Source: an uncultured Gammaproteobacteria bacterium (GTDB lineage Bacteria; Patescibacteriota; Microgenomatia; Levybacterales; GWA1-39-11). Taken from it: a stretch of 64,000 nt of DNA. The translations under genes were made by a program, and so were the position numbers. The stretch is taken from the NCBI GenBank assembly GCA_964409875.1, contig CAYPEN010000004.1:107784-171783 (forward strand). The letters are read 5' to 3'. Shown here piece by piece: positions 9,386 to 19,345 of this stretch; within the stretch, counting starts at the first letter, position 1; each line of letters opens with the position of its first letter. The notes beneath the pieces are model-generated. The model searched no databases, was not told the DNA's origin, and worked only from the letters and a program-made list of their open reading frames with translations.

Positions 9386-9607
9386 ATGCGGGAGCCCAGG
9401 TGTATCCGTTATTTTTCAAGCAAGGAACAAGCAATTGCTTCCCGTGATTTATTGTTGCAGGAGGGATATGATGCAAGAGTGGAAGAGCAGAAAATAGGGT
9501 CAGTAACGGTAGATAAAAATGGATATCCTCTAAAGTTTAAACTATATGTTGGGAGAGATGATATACATAAAATTGCAAAGCTTCTGGCAGGAAAACTTAA
9601 GAAGTAA
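9386..9607 (+). CDS. Small hypothetical protein (possible DUF2007-like fold)
   Basis: 73 aa from ATG 9386 behind TATAAT; pattern A..RDLL..EG.DA.V...KLYV...D...A.LL. Confidence 0.6.
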   Translation: MREPRCIRYFSSKEQAIASRDLLLQEGYDARVEEQKIGSVTVDKNGYPLKFKLYVGRDDIHKIAKLLAGKLKK

Positions 9608-10145
9608 TTTTTTCTATAACTTCATATAGAACAATTCCCAAAGAAACCATAACATTTAATGACTTGTTAATACCAAGCTGCGGGAGTTGGACAATAGTAT
9701 CACACATGTCCAAAACCTCCGTTGAAATTCCATCCGATTCATGACCGACAACAAGAGCAACAGGAAGGGTATAGTCCGCCTTTGTGTAATCAACAGCCCT
9801 CTTATCGAGTTCAACGCCTATTACTTTTAAATTTTTAATCTTTAATTTTAAATTTTTAATAGCGTCAGTTGTGTGTTCAAAATATTCCCACTCGACCCAT
9901 TGCCAGGTTCCAACTGATGCTTTTTGGATTCTGGAGTTGGGGGGTGTTTCAGAACCGCTGCATAAAAGTATTTTTTTTGCACCGACAGCATCTGCAAGCC
10001 TGAAGATGCTTCCTATATTATATGTGTCCAATACATTATCCAAAACAATATATATTTCTTTTCTGGTTTGTTTTATTTTCTCTAATTGCTCTGGAGTTGG
10101 GGTTATAACGCGTAGTTCCTCAGCACCAAGTTTTGTTATATCCAT
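9597..10145 (-). CDS. TrmH/SpoU family RNA methyltransferase
   Basis: VLDNV.D.YNIGSIFR.ADA.G, VVGHESDGI, SLNV; start ATG 10145. Confidence 0.92.
   Translation of the reverse strand: MDITKLGAEELRVITPTPEQLEKIKQTRKEIYIVLDNVLDTYNIGSIFRLADAVGAKKILLCSGSETPPNSRIQKASVGTWQWVEWEYFEHTTDAIKNLKLKIKNLKVIGVELDKRAVDYTKADYTLPVALVVGHESDGISTEVLDMCDTIVQLPQLGINKSLNVMVSLGIVLYEVIEKITS
9821..9860 (-). repeat. In-frame degenerate 7-bp tandem repeat within the TrmH gene
   Basis: Minus strand: ATTAAAA ATTTAAA ATTAAAG ATTAAAA ATTTAAA AGTAA, encoding IKNLKLKIKNLK. Confidence 0.6.
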
Positions 10146-10149
10146 AAAA

Positions 10150-12171
10150 TTACGCCTGGGCGGGTTTGTATCCTGCAATGTCTTCCTTTTTCCAGACGGC
10201 AAAATCGCAATTGGGATAATTGCTGCATCCATAAAATGGTCGTCCTTTTCTCGTCTTTTTCATAATGATTTTGCCTGCATCTTTAGGACAGGGTATATCA
10301 AGAGTTTCGGTAATTGACTCGGTAAAACGGCAATTGGGGAAATTTTCACATGCCAAAAATTTTCCGTACCTTGATTGACGTATGATAAGCCGCCCATTAT
10401 CTTGAGGGCACAGCCTATCAGAATATTCGACTTCTATTTTTACTCCTTCCGCGTTTTCAGCTTTCTTTAATTGTTGTTCGAAGGGTCCATAAAATTCTTT
10501 TAAAATTTCCTGCCATTTCAACTTTCCTTCAGCCACATTATCTAAATTTTCTTCCATTCGCGCAGTGAAGGGAATGTCATCAATGTTTGCAAAATTTCTT
10601 ACCAAAAATTCCGAAACCGATATTCCAATTTCTGTCGGGGTAAGTCTGCCTTCATTTTTCTCAACATACAATCTGTCATAAAGCGTAGAAATAATTGGTG
10701 CATATGTTGATGGCCTTCCAATTCCGTGTTTTTCCAGGGATGAAACAAGTGAAGCCTCGTTGTATCTGGGGGGAGGGGTTGTCGTGTGTTCTGAGATAGT
10801 AGAATTATTGTATTCCAACGTTTCTCCTTTATCGATTACGGGAAGAATTTGTGTATCCTCTTCTTTTATAGAGTATATTTTTAGAAAGCCTGGGAATTTC
10901 AGAACACTTCCACTTGCCTCGAATGTGTACGTTTTTTCCGTCTTTATTTCACCGATTAATTTTGTAGAACCAAAAATAGCATCACTCATTTGTGTTGCAA
11001 CGGCTCTTCTTAAAATAAGATCATATAAATTTGCGTAGTCATTTCCCAGCTCTTTCTTTATTGCGTCTTTTTTAATATCCAAATTCACCGGACGGATTGC
11101 CTCGTGTGCTTCCTGTGCATTCTTTTGTTTTGTTTTAAAAACTTTTATGTCTTTTGATAAATATTCAGCTCCATATTCCTTTTCTATGTAACTTCTTGAT
11201 GCTTTCAAAAAAACATCCGATAAATTAAAGGAATCTGTCCTGTGATACGTAATATAGCCCTCCTCATACAGTCTTTGGGCAAGAGACATAGTTCTTTTTC
11301 CTGCATATCCAAACCTTCTAAATGCCGCCTGCTGCATGGTGGACGTAGTAAACGGTGGATATGCTGATCGTTTTGTTTCCTTTTGCTGAACGTCAACGAT
11401 GAGTAGTCCCCTTTTTACAATTTCCTTCTGAATAGTATCGGCAAGCTCTTTTGTGAGTTTTGTAAATGTGTATTTGTAAGAACCATCATAGAGAGTTATT
11501 TCTGTTGCTTCTTCTAATTTTTCATCGTCAATTTTGGTAAGTTCAAAATGTATGGTATCCTTTACCCCATTTTTATTAACATCAAGAACCATCCGGTAAA
11601 AAGTTTTTGAATCAAATTTTTCAATTTCTTTTTCCCTCTCAACAATCAGGCGAAGGGCAACTGATTGGACACGTCCTGCTGACAAATGTCTTTTTACTTT
11701 TTTCCATAAAATAGGGGAAAGTTTGTAGCCCACTACTCGGTCAAGCACTCTTCTAGCAGTTTGGGCATTTACCAAATCGATATCAATCTTTCTCTTGTGT
11801 CCCATTGCTTCGTCGATGGCACCTTTTGTGATTTCATGAAAAACGATTCTCTCAAAGTCTGCCTTCTTGTTTATATCTTTCAAAATTTCATGGAGATGAT
11901 AGGAAATCGCCTCTCCTTCCCGATCGGGGTCGGTCGCAAGAATTATAAGTCTTGCTCCTTTAACAGTATCTTTTAGCTGTTTTACTGTCTTTTGCTTATC
12001 GCGGGGTATTATGTACTGGGGTTCAAAATTATTTTCAAGATCAACACCGAGCTTGCTTTTCGGTAAATCACGAATATGGCCCATTGATGCAATAACGTCA
12101 TATTTTCCCGCCAAAAAACGGGTAAGAGTTTTTGCTTTTGTCGGGCTTTCAACAAGAATTACGTCTTTCAT
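10150..12171 (-). CDS. topA: DNA topoisomerase I
   Basis: VESPTKAKT, ATDPDREGE, SAGRVQS, ITYHRTDS, QEAHEAIRP, GIGRPSTY, C-terminal zinc ribbons. Confidence 0.97.
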   Translation of the reverse strand: MKDVILVESPTKAKTLTRFLAGKYDVIASMGHIRDLPKSKLGVDLENNFEPQYIIPRDKQKTVKQLKDTVKGARLIILATDPDREGEAISYHLHEILKDINKKADFERIVFHEITKGAIDEAMGHKRKIDIDLVNAQTARRVLDRVVGYKLSPILWKKVKRHLSAGRVQSVALRLIVEREKEIEKFDSKTFYRMVLDVNKNGVKDTIHFELTKIDDEKLEEATEITLYDGSYKYTFTKLTKELADTIQKEIVKRGLLIVDVQQKETKRSAYPPFTTSTMQQAAFRRFGYAGKRTMSLAQRLYEEGYITYHRTDSFNLSDVFLKASRSYIEKEYGAEYLSKDIKVFKTKQKNAQEAHEAIRPVNLDIKKDAIKKELGNDYANLYDLILRRAVATQMSDAIFGSTKLIGEIKTEKTYTFEASGSVLKFPGFLKIYSIKEEDTQILPVIDKGETLEYNNSTISEHTTTPPPRYNEASLVSSLEKHGIGRPSTYAPIISTLYDRLYVEKNEGRLTPTEIGISVSEFLVRNFANIDDIPFTARMEENLDNVAEGKLKWQEILKEFYGPFEQQLKKAENAEGVKIEVEYSDRLCPQDNGRLIIRQSRYGKFLACENFPNCRFTESITETLDIPCPKDAGKIIMKKTRKGRPFYGCSNYPNCDFAVWKKEDIAGYKPAQA

Positions 12172-12347
12172 ATTATTTCAAATCACTCAAAACCAGTATA
12201 CAATTTTTAATAAAAGTAAATAAGTCGGGTACTACTCTTTGCTAAGCTAAATTTGCGTGTTCCAAAAAATTCAGCAAGAAAGAGTATATCACAATGGTTT
12301 TGTCATGAAATTGGGAGTATACGAACTTATGAGAAGTTTTGCAAGAG

Positions 12348-13397
12348 TTATGCAAAGTATAGTTCGGGATTTGCCGAAACCTTCTTCCAATCTGCATAGG
12401 CAATGTTCTGAAGTGCATATGCACCAATCATTGCTCCATTGTCTGTTGAATATTTTTTCTCTGGGAAAAGAACTTCCAGGTTATTTTGCTCGGCTTCTTG
12501 TGCAAGTCTTTCGCGAAGCGTTTCATTCGCACTTACCCCGCCTCCGACAAGTATTTGTTTGCAGCCATGTTTTATAGCAGCAACAAGCGTTTTTTTGAGA
12601 AGTACATTAAGAATCGCATTTTGAGTTGCGTAACAAATTTCATTCTTCAATGATTCAGAAAGTTCCGAGTTTTGAACAAAACGCATTACTTCAGTTTTCA
12701 ATCCTGAAAATGAAAAATCAAAATTATCTTCCCGCAGCAATGGGCTTTGGAACTTGATGGCAGTTTTGGTAACTTTTTTAGCACGAGACTCTATCTCAGG
12801 CCCTGCCGGATAAGAAAGATCCAAGAGTCTCCCAATCTTATCCAGTGCTTCTCCTGCAGCATCATCTCTGGTTCCACCAAGCCAGTGAAAATCGCTAATG
12901 CTTTTAAAAAGCAACAAATCAGTATGCCCTCCCGAGACAATAAGACCAATAAAAGGGAATAGTATCTTACTATCCTTCCTATTTATATAGTTTGCAAAAA
13001 TATGCGCTAAAAGATGATTGACGGGAATGAGCGGCTTATCAAAAGCTAATGATAATGTTTTTGCAGTTTCCACCCCAACAAGAAGACTTCCAATAAGGCC
13101 GGGCCCATAAGTCACCGCGATGGCGTCAATATTTTCATAAAGTGTTTTGCGTGCCTTCTCTCGGTTGGCTTTTTCCAAATTCCCTTTTGAGTCGTTCAAT
13201 GCTTCGATTAACACCGGCATGATATAGTTAACTTGCATACGAGCCGCATTCTCCGGAATTATACCTCCTGTTGAAGCGTGAATTGAAAGTGAGGTTGCGG
13301 TTACATTAGATAAAACGGTAGTTATTGTATCTTCTTTTTTTTCTAACACTGCAACGCTTGTTTCGTCGCATGAAGACTCTATCGCAAGAATTTTCAT
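12348..13397 (-). CDS. tsaD: tRNA t6A threonylcarbamoyltransferase
   Basis: IESSCDET, GPGL.GSLLVG, NHLLAH, VSGGHT, DDAAGEA.DK, FSFSGLKT, GGVSAN, TDNGAMI. Confidence 0.96.
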   Translation of the reverse strand: MKILAIESSCDETSVAVLEKKEDTITTVLSNVTATSLSIHASTGGIIPENAARMQVNYIMPVLIEALNDSKGNLEKANREKARKTLYENIDAIAVTYGPGLIGSLLVGVETAKTLSLAFDKPLIPVNHLLAHIFANYINRKDSKILFPFIGLIVSGGHTDLLLFKSISDFHWLGGTRDDAAGEALDKIGRLLDLSYPAGPEIESRAKKVTKTAIKFQSPLLREDNFDFSFSGLKTEVMRFVQNSELSESLKNEICYATQNAILNVLLKKTLVAAIKHGCKQILVGGGVSANETLRERLAQEAEQNNLEVLFPEKKYSTDNGAMIGAYALQNIAYADWKKVSANPELYFA

Positions 13398-13411
13398 TAC
13401 AAGAAGGGAAT

Positions 13412-13882
13412 TTATTTAACTCCTTTAAGGGTTACTATATCTCCGTTTTTGAATTTATTTTTGTCAACTTCTCCACCATTTATTTCTAAGACGAAGTTGG
13501 CATCCGCTGTGGGTGTATAGACAGGGAGATTTCCGGTTTTGCCTGCTTGGGGTGGTGCATTTTTTACAATATAAACAATTTTATTGTCATTTATCCAAAT
13601 CATATCCAATGGTATTTGTGTATTTTTCATCCAAAAACTGTATTTCCCCGTATTTGGGAAGATAAAAAGCATTCCGGTATTCTTGTCCAAGGATTTTCTA
13701 TTTGAAAGGCCGATTTGTCTGCTTTTGTCATCATTGGCAATAAGCAGATTGTAGGTGTGGCCGTTGATACTTGCGGTTTTGCTGCCAAAACTTGGAAAGA
13801 AGTTAAATCCTTTAAATTTAGCAAAAGCAAGAATCACCACTACGAGGACGAGTACTCCATATGCAATTAATATTTTTTTCAT
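13412..13882 (-). CDS. DUF192 domain membrane-anchored protein
   Basis: GL..R.SL....GMLF.F, FWMKNT.IPLD.IWI, VLEINGG. Confidence 0.9.
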   Translation of the reverse strand: MKKILIAYGVLVLVVVILAFAKFKGFNFFPSFGSKTASINGHTYNLLIANDDKSRQIGLSNRKSLDKNTGMLFIFPNTGKYSFWMKNTQIPLDMIWINDNKIVYIVKNAPPQAGKTGNLPVYTPTADANFVLEINGGEVDKNKFKNGDIVTLKGVK

Positions 13883-14337
13883 ACTTTTTTTTCTATTAAG
13901 TCTGTTGAAGAGTGTCTTGTGTCTCTTTTCATCACTTCAACGACTTTTGCAGAGACCATTTTTGCCTGCTCATTTTTAATTGCAATGAGAGGATCTCCGC
14001 TTGTCACTGCAATTATATCAGGCTCAAGCGATTTTACAAGGTTATAGTAATATTCAGACGATGGTGGTGGGCTAAGCAACACGACATAATCCACAAAAGG
14101 GAGATTAGTCAAATTTTGTGCTCGAACATATTGATTGTTCACTGGTCGTTTTTCTCCTTTTAATTGTTTAATTCTTTCATCGCTTTCAAGTAGCACAACC
14201 AGGTTCTTGCCTTGTTTTTTTGAAAGCTCCAAAAATTTGAGATGGGCAGGATGGATGATGTCAAAACAACCTCCTACCAGGACTATCCCTTCAGCTTTGA
14301 AATTTGCTAGTTCATGGTCTGTTATTATCTTTTTCAT
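13879..14337 (-). CDS. Cytidylyltransferase/adenylyltransferase family (RfaE/TagD-like)
   Basis: GGCFDIIHPAH, SD..IK.LKG..RP, HSST. Confidence 0.85.
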   Translation of the reverse strand: MKKIITDHELANFKAEGIVLVGGCFDIIHPAHLKFLELSKKQGKNLVVLLESDERIKQLKGEKRPVNNQYVRAQNLTNLPFVDYVVLLSPPPSSEYYYNLVKSLEPDIIAVTSGDPLIAIKNEQAKMVSAKVVEVMKRDTRHSSTDLIEKKV

Positions 14338-15323
14338 GAATTTTCTATCAGAAAGTCAAGAAGAGCAGGAATTGAGATACCTGCTGCCATTGCTTCTTGT
14401 GGTAGCAGCGAGGTTGCTGTCATACCCGGTAAGGTATTGGTTTCCAAATAGTAAAGTTTGTCATTTTTTATAAGAAAGTCAGAGCGGGAATATGTTTGCA
14501 GTCCTAAATGGGTATGAAGTAAATTCGTGATGTGCGATATTTTGTCCGACATGTTTTTTGATATGGAAACAGGTGGAGTAATTTCTTCTGATCCTCCAAC
14601 TTCATATTTGGAGGCATAATCGAAAAAAACTTGCTTTGGCCGGATTTCGATGGGAGGAATATCTATAAATGTTCCGTTCTTTTTTTGTAGGCATCCACAA
14701 CTTAATTCCAAGGCATTTTCGATGCATTCCTGTATTAAAATTTCTTTCAGGTTAAGCTTTGTTATCGTTGCTTCCAATGCTTTTTTGAAATCGTCTTTAC
14801 TCTTCACGATATAAACACCTACGCTTGAACCTAACGTGTTCGGTTTTAGTATCAAAGGAAAGTGAAGTCCTGACACATCATTTTTTTTTAAATCCTTGAT
14901 AAGTATTGAAGGTGGAATATCTAGCTGCGGGATTTTTGAGGCAATAATTGAAGATCTATATTTATCCATTGCAAGCGCGCTTCCTGAAACACCGCTTCCG
15001 GAGTAAGGGATTGAAAATAATTCCAGAAGTGCTTGCAATTTTCCATCTTCAACAAATTCGCCATGGAGACCCGCAAGGAGAGCAAAATATCCTTCCTTTT
15101 TAAGATTTGTTAAAACATGGGTAAGAGGAGTAGTGGCAGATAGACTGCTTTTCAGAAAGTCTATGTCATCAGACACTATTGCATGTAGTTTTTTTGAAAT
15201 ATAGCAAATAGAAATAGTATATTTCTCTTTATCAAGGTACTTAAATATTGTCCGCGCACTATTGAGGGAAACGTCATGTTCTGATGATGGACCACCGCAA
15301 AAAATTGCTATTTTTTTCTTCAT
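14334..15323 (-). CDS. ddl: D-alanine--D-alanine ligase
   Basis: GGPSSEHDVS, LHG..EDG, MDK, KP...GSSVG, FFDY..KY, LETNTLPGMT..SLLP. Confidence 0.95.
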   Translation of the reverse strand: MKKKIAIFCGGPSSEHDVSLNSARTIFKYLDKEKYTISICYISKKLHAIVSDDIDFLKSSLSATTPLTHVLTNLKKEGYFALLAGLHGEFVEDGKLQALLELFSIPYSGSGVSGSALAMDKYRSSIIASKIPQLDIPPSILIKDLKKNDVSGLHFPLILKPNTLGSSVGVYIVKSKDDFKKALEATITKLNLKEILIQECIENALELSCGCLQKKNGTFIDIPPIEIRPKQVFFDYASKYEVGGSEEITPPVSISKNMSDKISHITNLLHTHLGLQTYSRSDFLIKNDKLYYLETNTLPGMTATSLLPQEAMAAGISIPALLDFLIENS

Positions 15324-15342
15324 ATGCTAACAGTTAGAAATT

Positions 15343-16806
15343 TTAACCCTCTTTTGTTCCGACCATAAAAACTGCCCGCCAAGGTGCATATCGTGAGATG
15401 TACTTTTCGTCTATCATTACCTTTCCTGTTTTATCTTTTACAGTGCGATAGAATACAGCTGTAGATCCTGCAGCGGCAAAATCAATTTGATTAGTCGTGC
15501 CTTTGGGAAGCGTCGGATCGTCTTGATATAATGGGGCGGGAGCAGGTATATATCCGGTAACTTCAGGTTTTGTAACAGAAACCGTTCTCCCATCCTTCTT
15601 TCCGTAGAGTGTGTAGGTAAGTCTTAATTCATTAAGGTCAATTTTTGATTGAATGAGTATGTAGTTTCCCGTATCATTCACAAACTTCAAATCAACCGAT
15701 GGATAAAATACTGTCGCGTCGAGCCCTGGTGGAGAATCCTCTTCGTAATATCCGACACGGTATGCGTGTGCATGCCTTTCTGTAATAGGAAGCCCAGCGT
15801 TAAGAATGGCCCTAAAGAGAGTAGTTGATACCTGACAGACACCTCCACCGTCTCCTAAGACAGTTTTTCCATTTGAGATGACATACGCAGTAGCATATCC
15901 GGTGGCTTTTGAGACATCGCCGAGGTACTTATCGAATGAAAACTCTTCTCCCGGCTTGACAAGAATTCCATTTACGCGTGAAGCTGCAAGGTCTACATTG
16001 TGAACTCTATTGGGAATTGAATGATAAAAGAGTGAAGTTCCGGAGCCGATTTCTTCCACAATTCCAAAGGAATTTGCTTCTTCTGTTGTGATATCCGGTT
16101 TCAAACGGATTGCAGGAACTTCAAATACAAAATTCTTATGGGTTTCGGATTTGACTGAAAGAGCAACAGAGTTTTCCATGAATTGCTGTGCCCTTGCAAT
16201 ATCAAGCTGAGTTCCATCTTCAGATTGTTTGAATGTGGTTACTCTATTATTTTCAATTGAAAATTGGGCATTTACAGGAGCCTTATATGCTTTTTCTTGC
16301 AATGGTTTTATAAGTTCTGCAAATTTGTCTTCGTTGAACGTGTAAGAAGAGTGAAGTGTTATTCCATTTGTGTATGCGTTAAGTGCATTAAAGAGATTGG
16401 TGAAGAGATTGGGAGATTTTCCTATACTTTCCGCTTGCTCGGCGATAAGTTTTGAATCATATCCTATTCCCAGCTGTTTTGCCGAAGCTGTTGCTATAAG
16501 GTCGCCGAAAGTGAAGGTAAAAGTTGTTTTTTCTATCTCTTCGTTCTTATTATTATAGATTGTCTCTATTTGCTCTTTTGTTTTTCCGCTCAAATTCAGT
16601 TTGTCCACATAGACTCCCGGAATAACAGTATACTTATAGGTGTTTTGGAATATGATGATGCAAATGGATGAAATTGTGAGTCCTGCAATGATGAAGCCAA
16701 CTAAAAACCAAAAAGGGCCCCTTGAATAATGATGCGTTTTTTTAGCGATTACTTTCAACCTATGCGCAGAATTTATTTTCTTGCCAATCGTTTTTTTACT
16801 AATCAT
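15343..16806 (-). CDS. VanW family protein with N-terminal TM and putative peptidoglycan-binding region
   Basis: NRVHNV.LAA, PGEEFSF, GGGVCQVSTTLFRA, ERHAH, DATV...DLKF.NDT. Confidence 0.9.
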   Translation of the reverse strand: MISKKTIGKKINSAHRLKVIAKKTHHYSRGPFWFLVGFIIAGLTISSICIIIFQNTYKYTVIPGVYVDKLNLSGKTKEQIETIYNNKNEEIEKTTFTFTFGDLIATASAKQLGIGYDSKLIAEQAESIGKSPNLFTNLFNALNAYTNGITLHSSYTFNEDKFAELIKPLQEKAYKAPVNAQFSIENNRVTTFKQSEDGTQLDIARAQQFMENSVALSVKSETHKNFVFEVPAIRLKPDITTEEANSFGIVEEIGSGTSLFYHSIPNRVHNVDLAASRVNGILVKPGEEFSFDKYLGDVSKATGYATAYVISNGKTVLGDGGGVCQVSTTLFRAILNAGLPITERHAHAYRVGYYEEDSPPGLDATVFYPSVDLKFVNDTGNYILIQSKIDLNELRLTYTLYGKKDGRTVSVTKPEVTGYIPAPAPLYQDDPTLPKGTTNQIDFAAAGSTAVFYRTVKDKTGKVMIDEKYISRYAPWRAVFMVGTKEG

Positions 16807-16903
16807 ACAAAATGTTTACGATTTCTCGTATGCTTTGAAATATACGAAGATATTACTATACTATAATTAAGTCGTACTCTATTATACCCAAAATTTTCTA
16901 ATT

Positions 16904-18292
16904 ATGGACCCAGCTCAAAACAATCAACAGGTTGCTCCCGCACCAATAGATCCTCATTACCAAAATGAGCAGCAGGGAGGAAGTTCTATGTTAAAAAAAA
17001 TTGTATTCATTTTTGTTGTTCTGATACTGTTAGTTGTGATAGTGGTAGGCGGAATTCTTCTTGTAGGAAGACTTCAGAGTTCGTCTGCACCCAAAGATGT
17101 AACACTCGTTTATTGGGGGTTATGGGATGACGCAACCATAATGGAGCCTATCATAGCAGATTTTGAGCGCTCCCATCCACATATAAAAATTCAGTATGAA
17201 AAACAAGATATCCGTGGATTGGGTCAGTATGTGGATAGATTGACTACCAGAATAAATAACGGAACCGGTCCAGACATTTACCGCTTCCATAGTAGTTGGA
17301 CATTGCAGCTCAAAAAAAATCTCCTACCATTTCCGCAGTCAGTTGTCACTGAAACAAAGATAGATACCGATTACTACAAAACCGTCCAAAGAGATATGAA
17401 TATAAACGGTGCATACTATGGAATTCCTCTTGGAGTTGATACGATTGCAATGTATGTGAATACAGAAGCTCTCCAGGGGAAAGGATTGCCTATACCGCAG
17501 GATTGGAACGATATTTACGTGAAATATGCTCCGGAACTTGTTGTTAAAGATCAAAGCGGCAAAATTGTCACTCCAAGCATAGGGCTTGGTACATATGACA
17601 ATATTGCCCACGCTTCGGATATTGTTGCATTATTACTGCTTCAGAATGGTGCTGACATAAAAGATCTTGCAGGAACCTCTAGAGGAAGTGCAATTGATGC
17701 ACTGAAATTCTATACGGTGTTTGCAAAGGGGGAAAAAGCTGTTTGGGATCAGACGCTGGATAATTCAACGCTCGCTTTTGCGAAAGGTAATCTCGCAATT
17801 TATTTCGGATACTCTTGGGACATATTTACAATAAAGGGTCTAAATCCGAGTCTTCAGTTCACGGTGGCAAAAGTTCCCACGCTTGCAGGGCGCAATAATA
17901 CGGTTGCCAGTTATTGGTCTGAGGGTGTAAGTAGTAAAACGAAGCATTCAAAGGAAGCTTTTGAATTTATTACCTATTTATCAATGCCGGAAACTCTTCA
18001 AAAACTATACGAGACCCAATCTAAAGTCAGGCTATTTGGGTCGCTATATCCTCGACGTTCTATGGCAGGTCTTTTATCTTCGAATAATTTGGTGTATCCT
18101 TTTGTTGCCCAGGCAGACAATGCCCAGTCTACATTCTTCTCGTCGGATACGTATGATGGAGATAACGGTATGATTTCCCAGATGAACGTTTATATGGGTA
18201 ACGCAGTACGCTCGGTCAACAACAACACGTCAGCCGATACGGCAATAGATACACTTGCAAAAGGAACAGCACAGGTCCTTGCACGATACTAG
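16904..18292 (+). CDS. Membrane-anchored extracellular solute-binding protein (sugar-type)
   Basis: Single TM; LVYWGLW, FE..HP.IKI.Y, GPDI, YGIP, F.KG.LA.Y, EAFEFI.YL. Confidence 0.85.
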   Translation: MDPAQNNQQVAPAPIDPHYQNEQQGGSSMLKKIVFIFVVLILLVVIVVGGILLVGRLQSSSAPKDVTLVYWGLWDDATIMEPIIADFERSHPHIKIQYEKQDIRGLGQYVDRLTTRINNGTGPDIYRFHSSWTLQLKKNLLPFPQSVVTETKIDTDYYKTVQRDMNINGAYYGIPLGVDTIAMYVNTEALQGKGLPIPQDWNDIYVKYAPELVVKDQSGKIVTPSIGLGTYDNIAHASDIVALLLLQNGADIKDLAGTSRGSAIDALKFYTVFAKGEKAVWDQTLDNSTLAFAKGNLAIYFGYSWDIFTIKGLNPSLQFTVAKVPTLAGRNNTVASYWSEGVSSKTKHSKEAFEFITYLSMPETLQKLYETQSKVRLFGSLYPRRSMAGLLSSNNLVYPFVAQADNAQSTFFSSDTYDGDNGMISQMNVYMGNAVRSVNNNTSADTAIDTLAKGTAQVLARY

Positions 18293-18297
18293 ATACT

Positions 18298-19233
18298 ATG
18301 GATGAATGCATAATAAATACACTTTCATATTTTGACGTATTTGATTATCCACTAACTTTTCCCGAAATAAAAAAATACCTATGTTGCCCTCAGGAGATTT
18401 CAGATAATGAACTATATGACACAATACAAGCAATATCAGTTATTCAGGAGCAGAATGGTTTTTATTACTTTTTGGGAAGAAGTCAGCTGGTGGAGAAAAG
18501 GACCGAGAGAAATGAACGCAGTTTTCAGAAATTCGCAAAGGCTAAAATAATCGGCAAGATATTGTCTGCGATACCAACGATACAATACATCGGCATTAGT
18601 GGTAGTCTATCCATGAATAATGCAAGTGAGAGTGACGATATTGACCTTTTCTTTGTCACCCGTAAGAATACATTGTGGATTACCCGGTTAATGGTCAACG
18701 TGTTGCTATTTGTGATGAGGCAGAAGAGAGGAAGAATGCAAAAGAACGTTAAGGATAAGATTTGTCCGAATATGTTCATGGAGGTAGACAAAATGTCATT
18801 TAAAAAGAAAAAAAGGACGATTTATACTGCCCACGAGCTGGTTCAAATGAAAACCCTTTTTAATAGAAATAATACACACGAATTGCTGATGTCAAAAAAT
18901 AAATGGCTTTATAAGCTTTTGCCCAACATAGAAAGTATTGCAATACGTGAAGTAAAAGAATCATTATCTGCAAATTTATTGCGCTTCCTACTATTCCCTT
19001 TCGAGAAGCTTGCTTATGTTGCTCAGCGATTGTATATGATGAGGCACAGAAGGGATGAGACGATATCTCAAAACTCAGCCTTTTTTCACCCATTTGACAG
19101 ACAATCGATAATTCTTGATATGTATGATATTCGTTATAAAAGGTATATAAAACTATATGAGGAAAACATTTGGGTTGACACAGATGAAGCGCGTTTTTAT
19201 AACGAAGAGAAAAAAATTCGAATTTTGAACTAA
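18298..19233 (+). CDS. Pol-beta superfamily nucleotidyltransferase-domain protein
   Basis: GISGSLS....SDDIDLF; N-terminal YFDVFDYPLT..EI. Confidence 0.7.
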   Translation: MDECIINTLSYFDVFDYPLTFPEIKKYLCCPQEISDNELYDTIQAISVIQEQNGFYYFLGRSQLVEKRTERNERSFQKFAKAKIIGKILSAIPTIQYIGISGSLSMNNASESDDIDLFFVTRKNTLWITRLMVNVLLFVMRQKRGRMQKNVKDKICPNMFMEVDKMSFKKKKRTIYTAHELVQMKTLFNRNNTHELLMSKNKWLYKLLPNIESIAIREVKESLSANLLRFLLFPFEKLAYVAQRLYMMRHRRDETISQNSAFFHPFDRQSIILDMYDIRYKRYIKLYEENIWVDTDEARFYNEEKKIRILN

Positions 19234-19245
19234 GACTCCAGGATA

Positions 19246-19274
19246 TTGACATAAATTTCTCTTTCTTGTATAGT
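19246..19274 (+). promoter_or_regulatory. sigma70 promoter for greA
   Basis: TTGACA(19246-19251)-17 bp-TATAGT(19269-19274). Confidence 0.8.
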
Positions 19275-19296
19275 ACCCGTACATAAGTTAAATTAT

Positions 19297-19329
19297 CTCC
19301 CACTCGAAGACTTGAGGGGAGTTTTTTTT
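19297..19329 (+). terminator. Intrinsic terminator-like hairpin in the greA leader
   Basis: CTCCC-A-CTCGA / loop AGAC / TTGAG-GGGAG followed by T8. Confidence 0.75.
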
Positions 19330-19345
19330 AACAACACAATACTTC

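Noticed and set aside
14334-16806. vanW + ddl as a vancomycin-resistance cluster
   Set aside because: No vanH/X/R/S, and the ligase has the DY..KY loop of D-Ala-D-Ala ligases.
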